Positions 1 through 9,463 of a stretch of DNA of 64,000 bases are shown in pieces. Under the pieces are notes generated by a model, which was not told the DNA's origin, ran no database searches, and was given only the letters and a program-made list of their open reading frames with translations. The DNA is taken from the NCBI RefSeq assembly GCF_947500045.1, contig NZ_CANMQQ010000004.1, positions 243,128 to 307,127 of the forward strand, read 5' to 3'. Positions within the stretch are counted from its first letter, which is position 1. The number at the start of each line of letters is the position of its first letter. The stretch is from an uncultured Ruegeria sp. (GTDB taxonomy: Bacteria > Pseudomonadota > Alphaproteobacteria > Rhodobacterales > Rhodobacteraceae). A program made the position numbers and the translations under genes.

Positions 1-588
1 CGCGCCAAAGGCCGGTCCAAACCAATCTCATTCGAAGTGATCATCGAATCCGCCGCCGGGTTGGCACATGTCGAAGAGATCGCGGCTTCATCCCCGCGCC
101 TGCAGGCCATGAGCCTTGGGGCTGCGGATTTTGCCGCGTCAATGGGGATGCAGACAACCGGCATCGGTGGCACGCAGGAAAACTACTATATGCTGCGTGA
201 GGGTGAGAAACACTGGTCCGATCCATGGCACTGGGCGCAGGCCGCTATTGTCGCCGCCTGCCGCACCCATGGCGTGCTGCCCGTGGACGGGCCGTTCGGC
301 GATTTCTCGGATGATGAGGGTTATATCGCGCAGGCCAAACGCTCGGCCACGCTGGGGATGGTGGGGAAATGGGCCATCCACCCCAAACAGATCGCGCTGG
401 CCAATCAGGTGTTTACGCCTTCGGATGAGGCCGTCTCTGAGGCACGCGAGATTCTGGCCGCGATGGAACAAGCAAAAGCCAACGGTGAAGGCGCAACAGT
501 TTACAAAGGGCGTCTGGTCGACATTGCCTCGATCAAGCAGGCCGAGGTCATTGTCGCGCAGGCTGAGCTGATCGCGGCGAGCAATTGA
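1..588 (+). CDS. HpcH/HpaI aldolase / citrate-lyase beta family enzyme, C-terminal part (most like L-malyl-CoA/beta-methylmalyl-CoA lyase); 5' end lies outside the window
   Basis: Frame 1 is open from base 1. The translated tail (GKWAIHPKQIALANQVFTP...) is typical of the CitE/malyl-CoA lyase family. A hairpin terminator follows. Confidence 0.7.
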   Translation, partial: RAKGRSKPISFEVIIESAAGLAHVEEIAASSPRLQAMSLGAADFAASMGMQTTGIGGTQENYYMLREGEKHWSDPWHWAQAAIVAACRTHGVLPVDGPFGDFSDDEGYIAQAKRSATLGMVGKWAIHPKQIALANQVFTPSDEAVSEAREILAAMEQAKANGEGATVYKGRLVDIASIKQAEVIVAQAELIAASN

Positions 589-593
589 CGCAC

Positions 594-628
594 CAATAAA
601 AAAAGGCGCTCACCCGAGCGCCTTTTCC
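594..628. terminator. Bidirectional rho-independent terminator between convergent genes
   Basis: A-run, stem GGCGCTC (605-611) / GAGCGCC (616-622) with a 4-nt loop, then TTTT. Confidence 0.75.
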
Positions 629-635
629 GATATGA

Positions 636-1214
636 TTAGCGGCCAAAGACCTCATTGGGTGTCCAGGTGATCCGCTCACCCTGTTTTCCTGATTTCATCA
701 TCAGACAGGCAGTGCCGTATTTTTGAAAGTACTTGATATTGAGAGGGTACCAGCCAGCCTTCGGCACCTCGACCTCAGTGCGCTGGTTGGCTTCGCAGCC
801 CTGACGGCCGTTCACATATCCGATCTGCTGCCCCCCGACCCACGCATCAATCCCATCGTTTGACCAGGTTTCAAGCTCGTAAATGCCGGGTGAATCAAAC
901 CGCATATATCCGGTGATTTCGGCGGCTACATTGAAGGCCTCATTGAAGGTCAGGACAGGATCGCCCTCGTTCGTGTCCCGGTAATCCAATCCCCGAAGGG
1001 GAGAGCCAGGCGTTGCCTTCCTTAGCAATTGCTTAACCTTGGCAAGATTTTGGATCTTGCGGGGCGGGTTACCTTCCCAGCTATACACTACATTTAAGCC
1101 CGCTTTTGGGCTTGGCTGAGGGTTTGCCGGCGTCAACTTCACAGGTGCTGCGGTGACAGCGCCAGCAAATACTGCCAAGGCGGCCACAAGCGCTCCGGTC
1201 CGAAAAAATGTCAT
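636..1214 (-). CDS. Secreted protein with a PA14-like domain
   Basis: N-terminal signal peptide (MTFFRTGALVAALAVFAGAVTA). The segment GYMRFDSPGIYELETWSNDGIDAWVGGQ resembles the PA14 core. Confidence 0.55.
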   Translation of the reverse strand: MTFFRTGALVAALAVFAGAVTAAPVKLTPANPQPSPKAGLNVVYSWEGNPPRKIQNLAKVKQLLRKATPGSPLRGLDYRDTNEGDPVLTFNEAFNVAAEITGYMRFDSPGIYELETWSNDGIDAWVGGQQIGYVNGRQGCEANQRTEVEVPKAGWYPLNIKYFQKYGTACLMMKSGKQGERITWTPNEVFGR

Positions 1215-1332
1215 GGTCTTCTCCCTGAATTCGCGCCCGCTTGGGGATCAAACCCTGCAGGCGACACTGTTACCATGACCTTAGGCCGTGAATTTTGGCC
1301 CCGCAAGATGGTTACAATTCACATTTTGACCA

Positions 1333-1785
1333 TCACGCGCGCGTATCCTTTGGCGACCCCATCACGACATATGAAGTGATCGAGGTCACATGTGGCAGCG
1401 TCCCCAATACTTCGGTGTGGAAGGTTTTATAGGATGGCAGATCCACGCACTCGACCCGCAAAAGGTACTCGATCGTTCCGGTGATGTTGTGGCATTCTAC
1501 CACTTCGGGTGCCCGCTGCAGGGCCCGTTCGAACCTTTCTTGCGCCACCTTGGTATGCTCACCCAAGCCAACGCCTATGTAGGCGACGAAGCCTATGCCC
1601 AGCGCGGTCGGGTCCAAAACGGCACGATAGCCGGATATAACCCCAGCACGCTCCAACTCTTGCACCCGACGCAAGCACGCCGAGGGCGACAGACCAACAC
1701 GATCAGCGAGATCGAGGTTGCTAATGCGGCCATCCTGCGAGAGCTCATGCAATATCTGTTGGTTTATTTCATCAATCTTCGCCAT
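1333..1785 (-). CDS. Lrp/AsnC family transcriptional regulator
   Basis: 150 aa with an N-terminal HTH (LDEINQQILHELSQDGRISNLDLADRVGLSPSACLRRV) and a C-terminal RAM-like domain. It is divergent from a LysE exporter, a classic pairing. Confidence 0.9.
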   Translation of the reverse strand: MAKIDEINQQILHELSQDGRISNLDLADRVGLSPSACLRRVQELERAGVISGYRAVLDPTALGIGFVAYIGVGLGEHTKVAQERFERALQRAPEVVECHNITGTIEYLLRVECVDLPSYKTFHTEVLGTLPHVTSITSYVVMGSPKDTRA

Positions 1786-1857
1786 TAGTTGCGAAACTAG
1801 CTCTGTTTTGCACGAAAACGCAATTTCATTTGCTTGTTTTGCCTAGAATATGCGGCC

Positions 1858-2454
1858 ATGACCTACGATATCCTGATTGCCCTGATCGTATTCGCCTTTG
1901 TTACTTCGATTACGCCGGGGCCGAACAACCTCATGCTGATGGCGTCCGGGGCAAATTTTGGCTTCCGACGGACCATACCACATATGCTGGGTATCGGGTT
2001 GGGCTTTACATTCATGGTCTTGCTGGTGGGATCCGGCCTTGTTCAGATTTTCGATCAGTTTCCAATCAGCTATTCGGTGCTCAAAGTCGTCTCCGTGATC
2101 TATCTGCTGTATCTGGCTTGGAAAATCGCCCATGCAGCGCCTGTGAAGGGGCAAAGTGCCATCGGTACACCGATGACATTCTTGCAAGCTGCTGCATTCC
2201 AGTGGGTGAACCCAAAGGCCTGGGCAATGGCGCTTACGGCAACGTCGGCTTACGCACCCGGGCAATCGCTTAATGCTATTATTCTTGTGGCGTTGGTGTT
2301 TGGTGCAATCAACCTGCCTTCGGTCAGTACGTGGACAGTTCTTGGACAGCAGATGGCGCGAGTCCTGACGAATCCGCGCCGTTTGTTGATATTCAACTGG
2401 ACTATGGCTGCGCTTCTTGTCGCCTCACTTTATCCAGTGCTTTGGCCGAATTAG
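1858..2454 (+). CDS. LysE/RhtB family amino-acid exporter
   Basis: Multi-TM protein whose N-terminus MTYDILIALIVFAFVTSITPGPNN carries the family PGPN motif. ATG at 1858 is preferred over TTG at 1834. Confidence 0.85.
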   Translation: MTYDILIALIVFAFVTSITPGPNNLMLMASGANFGFRRTIPHMLGIGLGFTFMVLLVGSGLVQIFDQFPISYSVLKVVSVIYLLYLAWKIAHAAPVKGQSAIGTPMTFLQAAAFQWVNPKAWAMALTATSAYAPGQSLNAIILVALVFGAINLPSVSTWTVLGQQMARVLTNPRRLLIFNWTMAALLVASLYPVLWPN

Positions 2455-2455
2455 A

Positions 2456-3289
2456 TCATTTGAGCGGCAGACAAATCTCAGTCAGCAAGTCCTCGGGGGC
2501 GGTTTGACGCGGATCGTTGAGATAAATTTCATAGCAGGGCTGATCCGCAGGCTCTTCGCCTGATTCGGGAAGCCAATTACCGAACAAGGTCTCATATGCG
2601 GCATGAATGCCGGAATACGGTCCCTTGTACGTCAGTACGGCCGTTTTACCCCCGGGAATGTTGAGGTGCTCCATCCCATCAGGGGTATCTGAGCCGCAAA
2701 ACTGCGCCCCTGCAAAGCTGCGCAATTTATCCTCGGGCACGTCATCGGGACTGTCGAGATAAAGCCCGATCATCGGGCCGACCTGTGGCCACAGCTTTCG
2801 GGATTCGCATAAGGCACCAAAGGCCTCAAAACTACGACCAATCTCAGCGTAGGCCCCTTTGTGCGGAAGTGCGACGACAGGGCGACAGGGTTCAGTTCGG
2901 GTTGTTATGGGATGCATAGGATATTCTCCGGTTCTGAATTTTGGATGGGCCGACAAAATCCGCCCCGCTTTTCGAAACGCGGCGGGGCTGCTGCCGTAGG
3001 CCTCGGAAAAGGCCCGCGCGAAAGATTTCAGATTTGGATAACCGATATCGGTCGCGATCCCCGCGACCGGCCTGTCCGATTGCACCAACCAACAGGCGGC
3101 TCGGTGCAGTCGTATCCGACGGGTGGCTTGCGCACAGGTCTCGCCCGTGATGGCGCGAAATACGCGATGCCAGTGAAACCGCGACATGGCCGCGACCTCG
3201 GCCAAAGCATCCAGCGACAGATCCCCGGCAGGGTGATCGTGGATGTAAGCCAATACGCGCAGCACGCGATCTTCATAGCTGGCAGCCAT
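2456..3289 (-). CDS. AraC family transcriptional regulator with a GyrI-like effector-binding domain
   Basis: An AraC HTH (SRFHWHRVFRAITGETCAQATRRIRL...) is followed by a GyrI-like C-terminus ending EICLPLK. ATG at 3289 has an AGGA-type RBS; the longer ORF to 3547 adds an Ala/Ser-rich junk extension. Confidence 0.85.
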   Translation of the reverse strand: MAASYEDRVLRVLAYIHDHPAGDLSLDALAEVAAMSRFHWHRVFRAITGETCAQATRRIRLHRAACWLVQSDRPVAGIATDIGYPNLKSFARAFSEAYGSSPAAFRKAGRILSAHPKFRTGEYPMHPITTRTEPCRPVVALPHKGAYAEIGRSFEAFGALCESRKLWPQVGPMIGLYLDSPDDVPEDKLRSFAGAQFCGSDTPDGMEHLNIPGGKTAVLTYKGPYSGIHAAYETLFGNWLPESGEEPADQPCYEIYLNDPRQTAPEDLLTEICLPLK

Positions 3290-3410
3290 CGGTATCCTTC
3301 CTTCTCTTTGCCTATCCGTGGTCGCATATTCCGCGACCACAAATCTTGCTGAGTTGCATCCGGGACAACCTTTGGTCATATAGCAGAGAACTTCCGCGTT
3401 GAGAGGCGTC

Positions 3411-4373
3411 ATGACCCAGTATCTGGATTTCGAAAAACCGCTGGCCGAGATCGAAGGCAAAGCTGAAGAGCTGCGTGCGCTGGCCCGCGCCAATGAAGAA
3501 ATGGATGTGGCCGAAGAAGCCGCAGCGCTGGATGCCAAGGCCGCCAAGCTGCTGGACGAACTTTATGCTGACCTTACACCTTGGCGGAAATGCCAGGTCG
3601 CGCGGCATCCTGAGCGCCCGCATTGTAATACCTACGTGGATGCGCTGTTTACCGAGTTCACGCCTTTGGCCGGTGATCGGAACTTTGCCGACGATCTGGC
3701 GGTGATTGGCGGTCTTGCGCGGTTCAACGACCAGCCTGTCATGGTGATTGGTCATGAAAAAGGCAGCGACACCAAATCGCGGATCGAGCGGAATTTCGGC
3801 ATGGCTCGCCCCGAGGGCTATCGCAAGGCCGTGCGCCTGATGGAAATGGCGGGCCGCTTTGGTCTGCCGGTGATCACGCTGATCGACACAGCCGGTGCCT
3901 ATCCCGGTAAGGGTGCTGAAGAGCGCGGCCAGTCTGAAGCTATCGCGCGCTCGACCGAGATGTGCCTTAAGATTGGCGTGCCTCTGGTCTCGGTTATCAT
4001 CGGCGAAGGTGGATCAGGCGGTGCCGTGGCGTTCGCAACTGCCAATCGCGTCGCGATGCTGGAGCATTCGGTTTATTCGGTGATTTCACCCGAAGGATGC
4101 GCCTCGATCCTCTGGAAGGATGCCGAAAAAATGCGAGAAGCAGCTGAGGCGCTGCGCCTGACGGCCCAAGATCTGCACAAACTGGGCGTCTGCGACCACA
4201 TTATTCCTGAACCCAAAGGCGGGGCGCATCGTGACCGCCCGGCAACGGTTGAAGCCGTGCGGTCTGCGATTGCCTCGATGCTGGAAGAGCTTCACGGCAA
4301 GGATGCGGCGGCCCTGATCAAGGACCGCCGTCAGAAGTTCCTGGATATCGGCTCAAAAGGGTTGGCGGCTTAA
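3411..4373 (+). CDS. accA: Acetyl-CoA carboxylase carboxyltransferase subunit alpha
   Basis: Starts [17 protein letters not shown] and contains [13 protein letters not shown] and [10 protein letters not shown], which are canonical AccA motifs. Confidence 0.93.
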   Translation: MTQYLDFEKPLAEIEGKAEELRALARANEEMDVAEEAAALDAKAAKLLDELYADLTPWRKCQVARHPERPHCNTYVDALFTEFTPLAGDRNFADDLAVIGGLARFNDQPVMVIGHEKGSDTKSRIERNFGMARPEGYRKAVRLMEMAGRFGLPVITLIDTAGAYPGKGAEERGQSEAIARSTEMCLKIGVPLVSVIIGEGGSGGAVAFATANRVAMLEHSVYSVISPEGCASILWKDAEKMREAAEALRLTAQDLHKLGVCDHIIPEPKGGAHRDRPATVEAVRSAIASMLEELHGKDAAALIKDRRQKFLDIGSKGLAA

Positions 4374-4377
4374 CCCG

Positions 4378-5508
4378 TCAACCACCCAACCGCTGCAGCA
4401 ATGCCGCCGAAGGCTGGCCGGTCACCGACAGCCCGCTCGCGCGCTGATAGGCGCTGATCGCAGCCTCGGTATTCTTTCCGATCACCCCATCTGCACCCTG
4501 AGTGTCATAGCCCGCAGAAGTCAGACGGCGCTGCAGCTCTTTGCGGTCCTCCAGTGTCAACCCAGTGGCATCTGGCCCGAACGAGGCCTGAAACGGCGCC
4601 CCCCCGGCAATCCGGTCTGCAAGATGCCCGACGCCAATGGCATAGCTGTCCGAGTTGTTATAGCGTTTGATCACCTGGAAATTGCGGAACACAGCAATAC
4701 GTGGCCCGGGCGTCTGGGGTTGCAGCACAGCCACCGGAGTGCCAGAGACCGTACCGGCCTCGCCCCCCCAAGGTTGTCCGCGTACCCAACCGGCGCGCGC
4801 CAGATAGGCGGCCGTTGAAGCCAGAGAGTCCGCAGGATCTTCGGACCAGATATCGCGCCGTCCGTCGCCTGTGAAATCCACCGCATAGGCCAGATAAGAG
4901 GTCGGAATGAATTGCGTGTGGCCCATGGCTCCGGCCCAACTGCCGGTCATGTTGGCGGGTGTCGTGTCGCCCTCTTGAATAATCTTGAGCGCCGCCACCA
5001 GCTGCTTTTCAAAGAACGCCCCGCGCCGTCCGTCATAGGCCAGTGTTGAAGTCGCCGAGATCACCGGCACATCACCGCGCCGCGCGCCATACCGGCTTTC
5101 CAACCCCCAGACAGCAACGACAACTTCCTTGTCGACCCCGTACTGGGCTTCAATCTGCGACAAGGTACCCGCGTGCCGCACAAGCATCTGCTTGCCTGTA
5201 TCGATCCGCTCGTCCGAGGCAGCAATGGCCAGATAATCCTCAAGCGAGCGTTTGAACTCGACCTGATTGCGGTCGCGTTCGATCACTTCAGGCAGATATC
5301 CGGCCCCCTGAAAGGCGCGGTTTAAAGTGGTCTGGGAAATACCCTGCGATGCGGCCCGGCCTTTGAAACCGGCCACCCACGCATCCCATCCGGCATTCGG
5401 AACGGCACGCATCCGAGAAGCCGGGGTACTGGTGGGTGTACTGCCTGTGGAACAGGCGGCTAGCAGGGCTGACCCAAGCCCGACAGAAAAGGTTCTACGA
5501 TTGATCAT
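4378..5508 (-). CDS. Lytic murein transglycosylase (MltB family) with a C-terminal peptidoglycan-binding domain; probable lipoprotein
   Basis: Lipobox-like signal (MINRRTFSVGLGSALLAACS), the motif GLESRYG...GAMGHTQFIPTSY, and a C-terminal PG_binding_1-like repeat. Start set at ATG 5508. Confidence 0.85.
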   Translation of the reverse strand: MINRRTFSVGLGSALLAACSTGSTPTSTPASRMRAVPNAGWDAWVAGFKGRAASQGISQTTLNRAFQGAGYLPEVIERDRNQVEFKRSLEDYLAIAASDERIDTGKQMLVRHAGTLSQIEAQYGVDKEVVVAVWGLESRYGARRGDVPVISATSTLAYDGRRGAFFEKQLVAALKIIQEGDTTPANMTGSWAGAMGHTQFIPTSYLAYAVDFTGDGRRDIWSEDPADSLASTAAYLARAGWVRGQPWGGEAGTVSGTPVAVLQPQTPGPRIAVFRNFQVIKRYNNSDSYAIGVGHLADRIAGGAPFQASFGPDATGLTLEDRKELQRRLTSAGYDTQGADGVIGKNTEAAISAYQRASGLSVTGQPSAALLQRLGG

Positions 5509-5618
5509 GAGAAATCTGCTCTTATTGTGATTTGCAAACAGAATAGCCCAGCCCGACGGCTCAGACCAGAAGAGCGGCACTTGAATTCAACAAGCCAGAA
5601 AGATGGGCAACAAGCCGC

Positions 5619-6266
5619 TCAGGTCACCAGCAGCCGCAACCCCTGCGTCACGTCTGAGCGTACCGCCAACCGCAACCCTGGCTCATCCCCAGCTTTGAGT
5701 GCTGCAATGATCAGGCGGTGATAATGCGGCGGCTCAGTGCGCCGCAAACGGCCATAAAGTGCACGCATCGTCGGGCCCAGTTGCAGCCAGACGGTCTCAG
5801 CCATGGCCAGCATCGCCGGGGCTTGCGCGCGCAGATAAAGTGTGCGGTGAAACTCTAGATTTGAACGGATATATCCAACTGCATCGCGTTTCGTGACCAT
5901 CTCAGCCACGGTCATGTTGATGCTTTGCAACCGTTCAATCAGCGCCATATGCGCACGTGGCAGGGCGCGGCTGGCCAGTTCAACCTCAAGCAGCGCACGC
6001 AGCGCGGCCAGCTCTTCGATCCGGTCCCGGGTCAGCTCAGGTGTTGCTACGCGCCCCGAAGAGGACAGAGACAGCGCACCCTCTGCCGCCAGCCGCCGCA
6101 CAGCTTCGCGCGCCGGGGTCATCGACACGCCAAATTCTTTGCCGATACCGCGCAGAGTCAGAGCCTGCCCCGGCGCCATCTCGCCATGCATGATACGGGA
6201 TCTCAGGGCACGATACACGCGATCATGCGTGGCGGTGTGAGACTCGGCGGTGCGTGTGGTCAACAT
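5619..6266 (-). CDS. GntR family (FadR/FCD subfamily) transcriptional regulator
   Basis: Winged HTH (LRGIGKEFGVSMTPAREAVRRLAAEGAL) followed by a helical FCD-like C-terminal domain. Confidence 0.85.
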   Translation of the reverse strand: MLTTRTAESHTATHDRVYRALRSRIMHGEMAPGQALTLRGIGKEFGVSMTPAREAVRRLAAEGALSLSSSGRVATPELTRDRIEELAALRALLEVELASRALPRAHMALIERLQSINMTVAEMVTKRDAVGYIRSNLEFHRTLYLRAQAPAMLAMAETVWLQLGPTMRALYGRLRRTEPPHYHRLIIAALKAGDEPGLRLAVRSDVTQGLRLLVT

Positions 6267-6296
6267 GGGTTTATGTGATCACAAATCATCGCGACG

Positions 6297-6989
6297 TCAA
6301 GCAGCCGGGTCAAAGCGATAGCGGTGAAGCGCTGCCCCGTTGTCGCGCAGCCAGCGGCGGGGCTCTTTATACGGGCCAAAGATCCGTTCAACCTGCGTCC
6401 AGAAGGCAGGCGAGTGATTCATCTCGACCAAATGCGCCACCTCATGTGCGGCCACGTAGTGCAACACCTCTGGGGGCGCAAGGATCAGGCGCCATGAAAA
6501 CATCAACGCACCCGCAGAACTGCAGGACCCCCAGCGCGAGCGCGTATCGCGCAGCGTAATGCTGCTATACGGACGACCCAGCATCGCAGCATAGTCATCA
6601 CAAGCCCCGGTCAACCGATCACGGGCCAGTTCTTTGAGGAACCGCGCGAGCCGTCGCGCTTCTGCCCCGGATGGAACACCGATCTCGTCGCGGTGCAGCA
6701 GGACCCGTCGACCCTGGGCGGGAACGATTCGCCGCATTTTACCCTCGATTGAAATGGATTGGCCGAACTCTACAGTTTCCGCATCTGGTCGATCCTGAAG
6801 ATGACCGCGAATCCAATCCTCTTTCTGATGTGCAAAATCCAAGGCCTCGGTCTCGGCGACCCCTGTCGGATAGGTGAGTGTAACCCGCCCGTCCAGTTGA
6901 GAAATCCGCAAACTGATCCGTCGCGCCCGCGCAGATTTTCGCAACGTCAGCGGTACCGGGGGCGTTCCCGGCAATGCGTGTCGCCCCAT
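6297..6989 (-). CDS. M48-like/DUF45 (YgjP-like) metal-dependent hydrolase
   Basis: HEVAHLVEMNHSPAFW zinc-binding HExxH context typical of YgjP/DUF45. Confidence 0.8.
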   Translation of the reverse strand: MGRHALPGTPPVPLTLRKSARARRISLRISQLDGRVTLTYPTGVAETEALDFAHQKEDWIRGHLQDRPDAETVEFGQSISIEGKMRRIVPAQGRRVLLHRDEIGVPSGAEARRLARFLKELARDRLTGACDDYAAMLGRPYSSITLRDTRSRWGSCSSAGALMFSWRLILAPPEVLHYVAAHEVAHLVEMNHSPAFWTQVERIFGPYKEPRRWLRDNGAALHRYRFDPAA

Positions 6990-7089
6990 GGGTCGATCTC
7001 CTTAGCGCAAAGGCTTTGACAGTGCCCGCCGCTTGTGGCAGGTGACCTGAATCATCGATGAGATTCACCTGATATCAAGGGGATTTGAT

Positions 7090-7413
7090 ATGCCCAAGGA
7101 AGAATGGGGCGTAAAGCGTGTCTGCCCGACCACCGGCAAACGCTTTTATGACCTGAACAAGAACCCGATCGTCAGCCCCTATACCGGCGAGATCGTTGAA
7201 TTGGAAACCGGCAAGAGCCGGATGATCGCAGCAGACGCCGAAGACGCAGCATCGGTCAAAGCACGCGAGGCTTCGTCGGATGAAGAGATCGTTCTGGACG
7301 ATGACGATAGCGTAGATGTCGAACTGGACGACGATCTACTGGACGACGAAGACGACAGCGATAACGTGCCTCTGGACGATATCAAGGACATGTCGTCAGA
7401 AGACGAAAACTAA
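7090..7413 (+). CDS. TIGR02300 (FYDLN_acid) family protein with an acidic tail
   Basis: N-terminus KRVCPTTGKRFYDLNKNPIVSPYTG followed by an Asp/Glu-rich tail. Confidence 0.75.
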   Translation: MPKEEWGVKRVCPTTGKRFYDLNKNPIVSPYTGEIVELETGKSRMIAADAEDAASVKAREASSDEEIVLDDDDSVDVELDDDLLDDEDDSDNVPLDDIKDMSSEDEN

Positions 7414-7551
7414 TGGTTTCCGGGGCGGCTCGTGCCGCCTCGTCCAACCTGCGTTGCCGACGCGAACTTTTTCGCCGAATTCAATTTTAATACTTGAACT
7501 CGTGTGCGCCGTCTCATAAATGTCCGGCCACCGCTTCGGCGGTACCTGTAT

Positions 7552-7627
<76 letters not shown>

Positions 7628-7664
7628 AATCCTAACAGAACAACTAGATAGCAAGCATTAGAGC

Positions 7665-7688
7665 GGTGTGACACACAGGTGTGACACA
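7665..7688 (+). promoter_or_regulatory. Tandem 11-bp repeat GGTGTGACACA x2 (13-bp period); putative arm-type recombinase/regulator sites just upstream of int
   Basis: Copies at 7665-7675 and 7678-7688. A related pair with the same 13-bp period occurs at 16344-16366. Confidence 0.5.
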
Positions 7689-7690
7689 AA

Positions 7691-9436
7691 ATGAAGCTGC
7701 ATGCGTATCTCTCACTGTCCCGACATGGCATCTACTACTTTCGTTGGCCACTACCCGACACAAGACCAAAACCCCACACCAGACCAAACACCACACGTAA
7801 GACCCTTCGGGTGTCATTGCGTACGAGATGCCCTAAAGAGGCTGGAACTCTGGCACGGCGTCTTGCAGTGTGCGGCGACACAATAACAAGGCACATAGAA
7901 GTATCGGGCATGAACCACGGCGAACTGCGCACAAAGGTGCATGAGCACTTCACGGAAGTACTAAAGAAGGCAAAGGCACGTAGGGATGAACTCGGCCCCT
8001 ATTCCGAGCTAGAGAAGGAACGCATCGCCGACACCATCCGCCACCATGAAGCGGGCAATGAAGACTACTGGGACCTGCTTGGCAGAGACTACGCCCGCTC
8101 AGAACTTGATAAGTTTTGTAACGGCGCGGGGGTTGAGCAGCCCAAGACGCGCGAAGACGCCTTTCTGATTTTAGGTGAAATTAAGAAAGCTCAGTTGGCA
8201 CTGGCCAATGCTTTACTGGAACACGATAAGACTTTTGAGAAATACGATTTTGGCACGCAGCTCAGCACGCTTGTGAACGCCCCAGAGAGCGGTCAGCCTA
8301 GTTCCGGCACTGTCCCAGCTAAAGTTGCGAAGAAGCCCACAGACGCGCTTTCCAGTCCGCTCCTATCGATCCTGTTTGCTGAGAGAAAAGCTGAGGCGGA
8401 ACAGACGAGCCAATGGTCAGACAAGCTGCTGAACGACTATCAGGCTTGGACAGACCTCTTCATAGAGTTGCAAGGCGACCGTCCGGTTCTAGACTACAAA
8501 AAACCGGACGCACGCGACTTTAAGAATGTCCTGATCGAGCTTCCAAGCAACAGGAATAAACTACCGCAAACAATTGGCCTAACGCCTAAGGAAGCCATAC
8601 AAGCAGCTAAAGACCACGGTCTGCCAACGCTATCCGTAAGTACAGTCAACAAGGCCTTGGGAAGGCTGCAAGGAATATGGAATTGGGCGGACAAACAGTT
8701 GGACGAAGAGGTCGCAGACATCTTTGGACCGATGAAGATAGCTGACAACAACAACGCCAGAAACCAACATGACCCGTTTAGCAAAGAGCAACTGCAAGAC
8801 ATCTTCAACAGCCCACTGTACACCGGATGCAAGTCTAAGCGGTTCCGCAGTGAGGCGGGAGATACAGACCTGAGCGAAACCAGTTGGTATTGGCTTCCAC
8901 TACTGGGCCTATGGACAGGCGCACGACTAAATGAATTGTGCCAGTTGCGCGTTGACGACATTGACCAAGAAGAGGGCGTACCCCTAATTCGGATACAAGA
9001 AGGCGACGAAGACCAACGCGTCAAGTTCGGCAAAAGCAGACTTATTCCCATACACCCCGAGTTAGTCCGGCTTGGCTTCCTCCGCTTCGTACAGGCTCGG
9101 CGACAGACAGGCTACGAGCGGATATTCCCTGAACTAAAGTTGGGAGCGACAGGCTACTACTCAGATCAAGCCAGCAAAGACTTTAACCGCTACATCGACA
9201 GAATTGGCGCGAAGACGGCCAAGACCTCTTTCCACTCCTTCCGCCATAACTTCAAAGATGCTTGCCGTCATGCTGGTGTACAACCTGACATCAATGACAT
9301 CCTCTTGGGTCATGCGCTGCCCGGTATGGCGGGGCGCTATGGCGACGGCAGCGTACCTTTGCCGGTTCTGTACGAAGCCATCTGCAAAGTCGCGCACAGA
9401 GAGTTGTTTTTAGAGCACATCAAAGGGTATCGCTAA
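7691..9436 (+). CDS. int: Tyrosine-type site-specific integrase (long, 581 aa)
   Basis: C-terminal catalytic region has GARLNELCQL (Arg), HSFRHNFKDA (H-x-x-R), LLGH and GRYGDG (Tyr). The N-terminus GIYYFRWPLP is typical of island integrases. The gene abuts attL. Confidence 0.9.
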   Translation: MKLHAYLSLSRHGIYYFRWPLPDTRPKPHTRPNTTRKTLRVSLRTRCPKEAGTLARRLAVCGDTITRHIEVSGMNHGELRTKVHEHFTEVLKKAKARRDELGPYSELEKERIADTIRHHEAGNEDYWDLLGRDYARSELDKFCNGAGVEQPKTREDAFLILGEIKKAQLALANALLEHDKTFEKYDFGTQLSTLVNAPESGQPSSGTVPAKVAKKPTDALSSPLLSILFAERKAEAEQTSQWSDKLLNDYQAWTDLFIELQGDRPVLDYKKPDARDFKNVLIELPSNRNKLPQTIGLTPKEAIQAAKDHGLPTLSVSTVNKALGRLQGIWNWADKQLDEEVADIFGPMKIADNNNARNQHDPFSKEQLQDIFNSPLYTGCKSKRFRSEAGDTDLSETSWYWLPLLGLWTGARLNELCQLRVDDIDQEEGVPLIRIQEGDEDQRVKFGKSRLIPIHPELVRLGFLRFVQARRQTGYERIFPELKLGATGYYSDQASKDFNRYIDRIGAKTAKTSFHSFRHNFKDACRHAGVQPDINDILLGHALPGMAGRYGDGSVPLPVLYEAICKVAHRELFLEHIKGYR

Positions 9437-9463
9437 CTTGGGTGGTGGGGGGCCAATTGATGG

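Noticed and set aside
3290-3547. N-terminal 86-aa extension of the AraC-family ORF
   Set aside because: The extension is Ala/Ser-rich low complexity, runs into the accA promoter and start region, and the internal ATG at 3289 has a proper RBS.
7414-7470. GGCGGC-TCGT-GCCGCC hairpin after the TIGR02300 gene as a terminator
   Set aside because: The stem is short and no T-run follows, so the evidence is insufficient.
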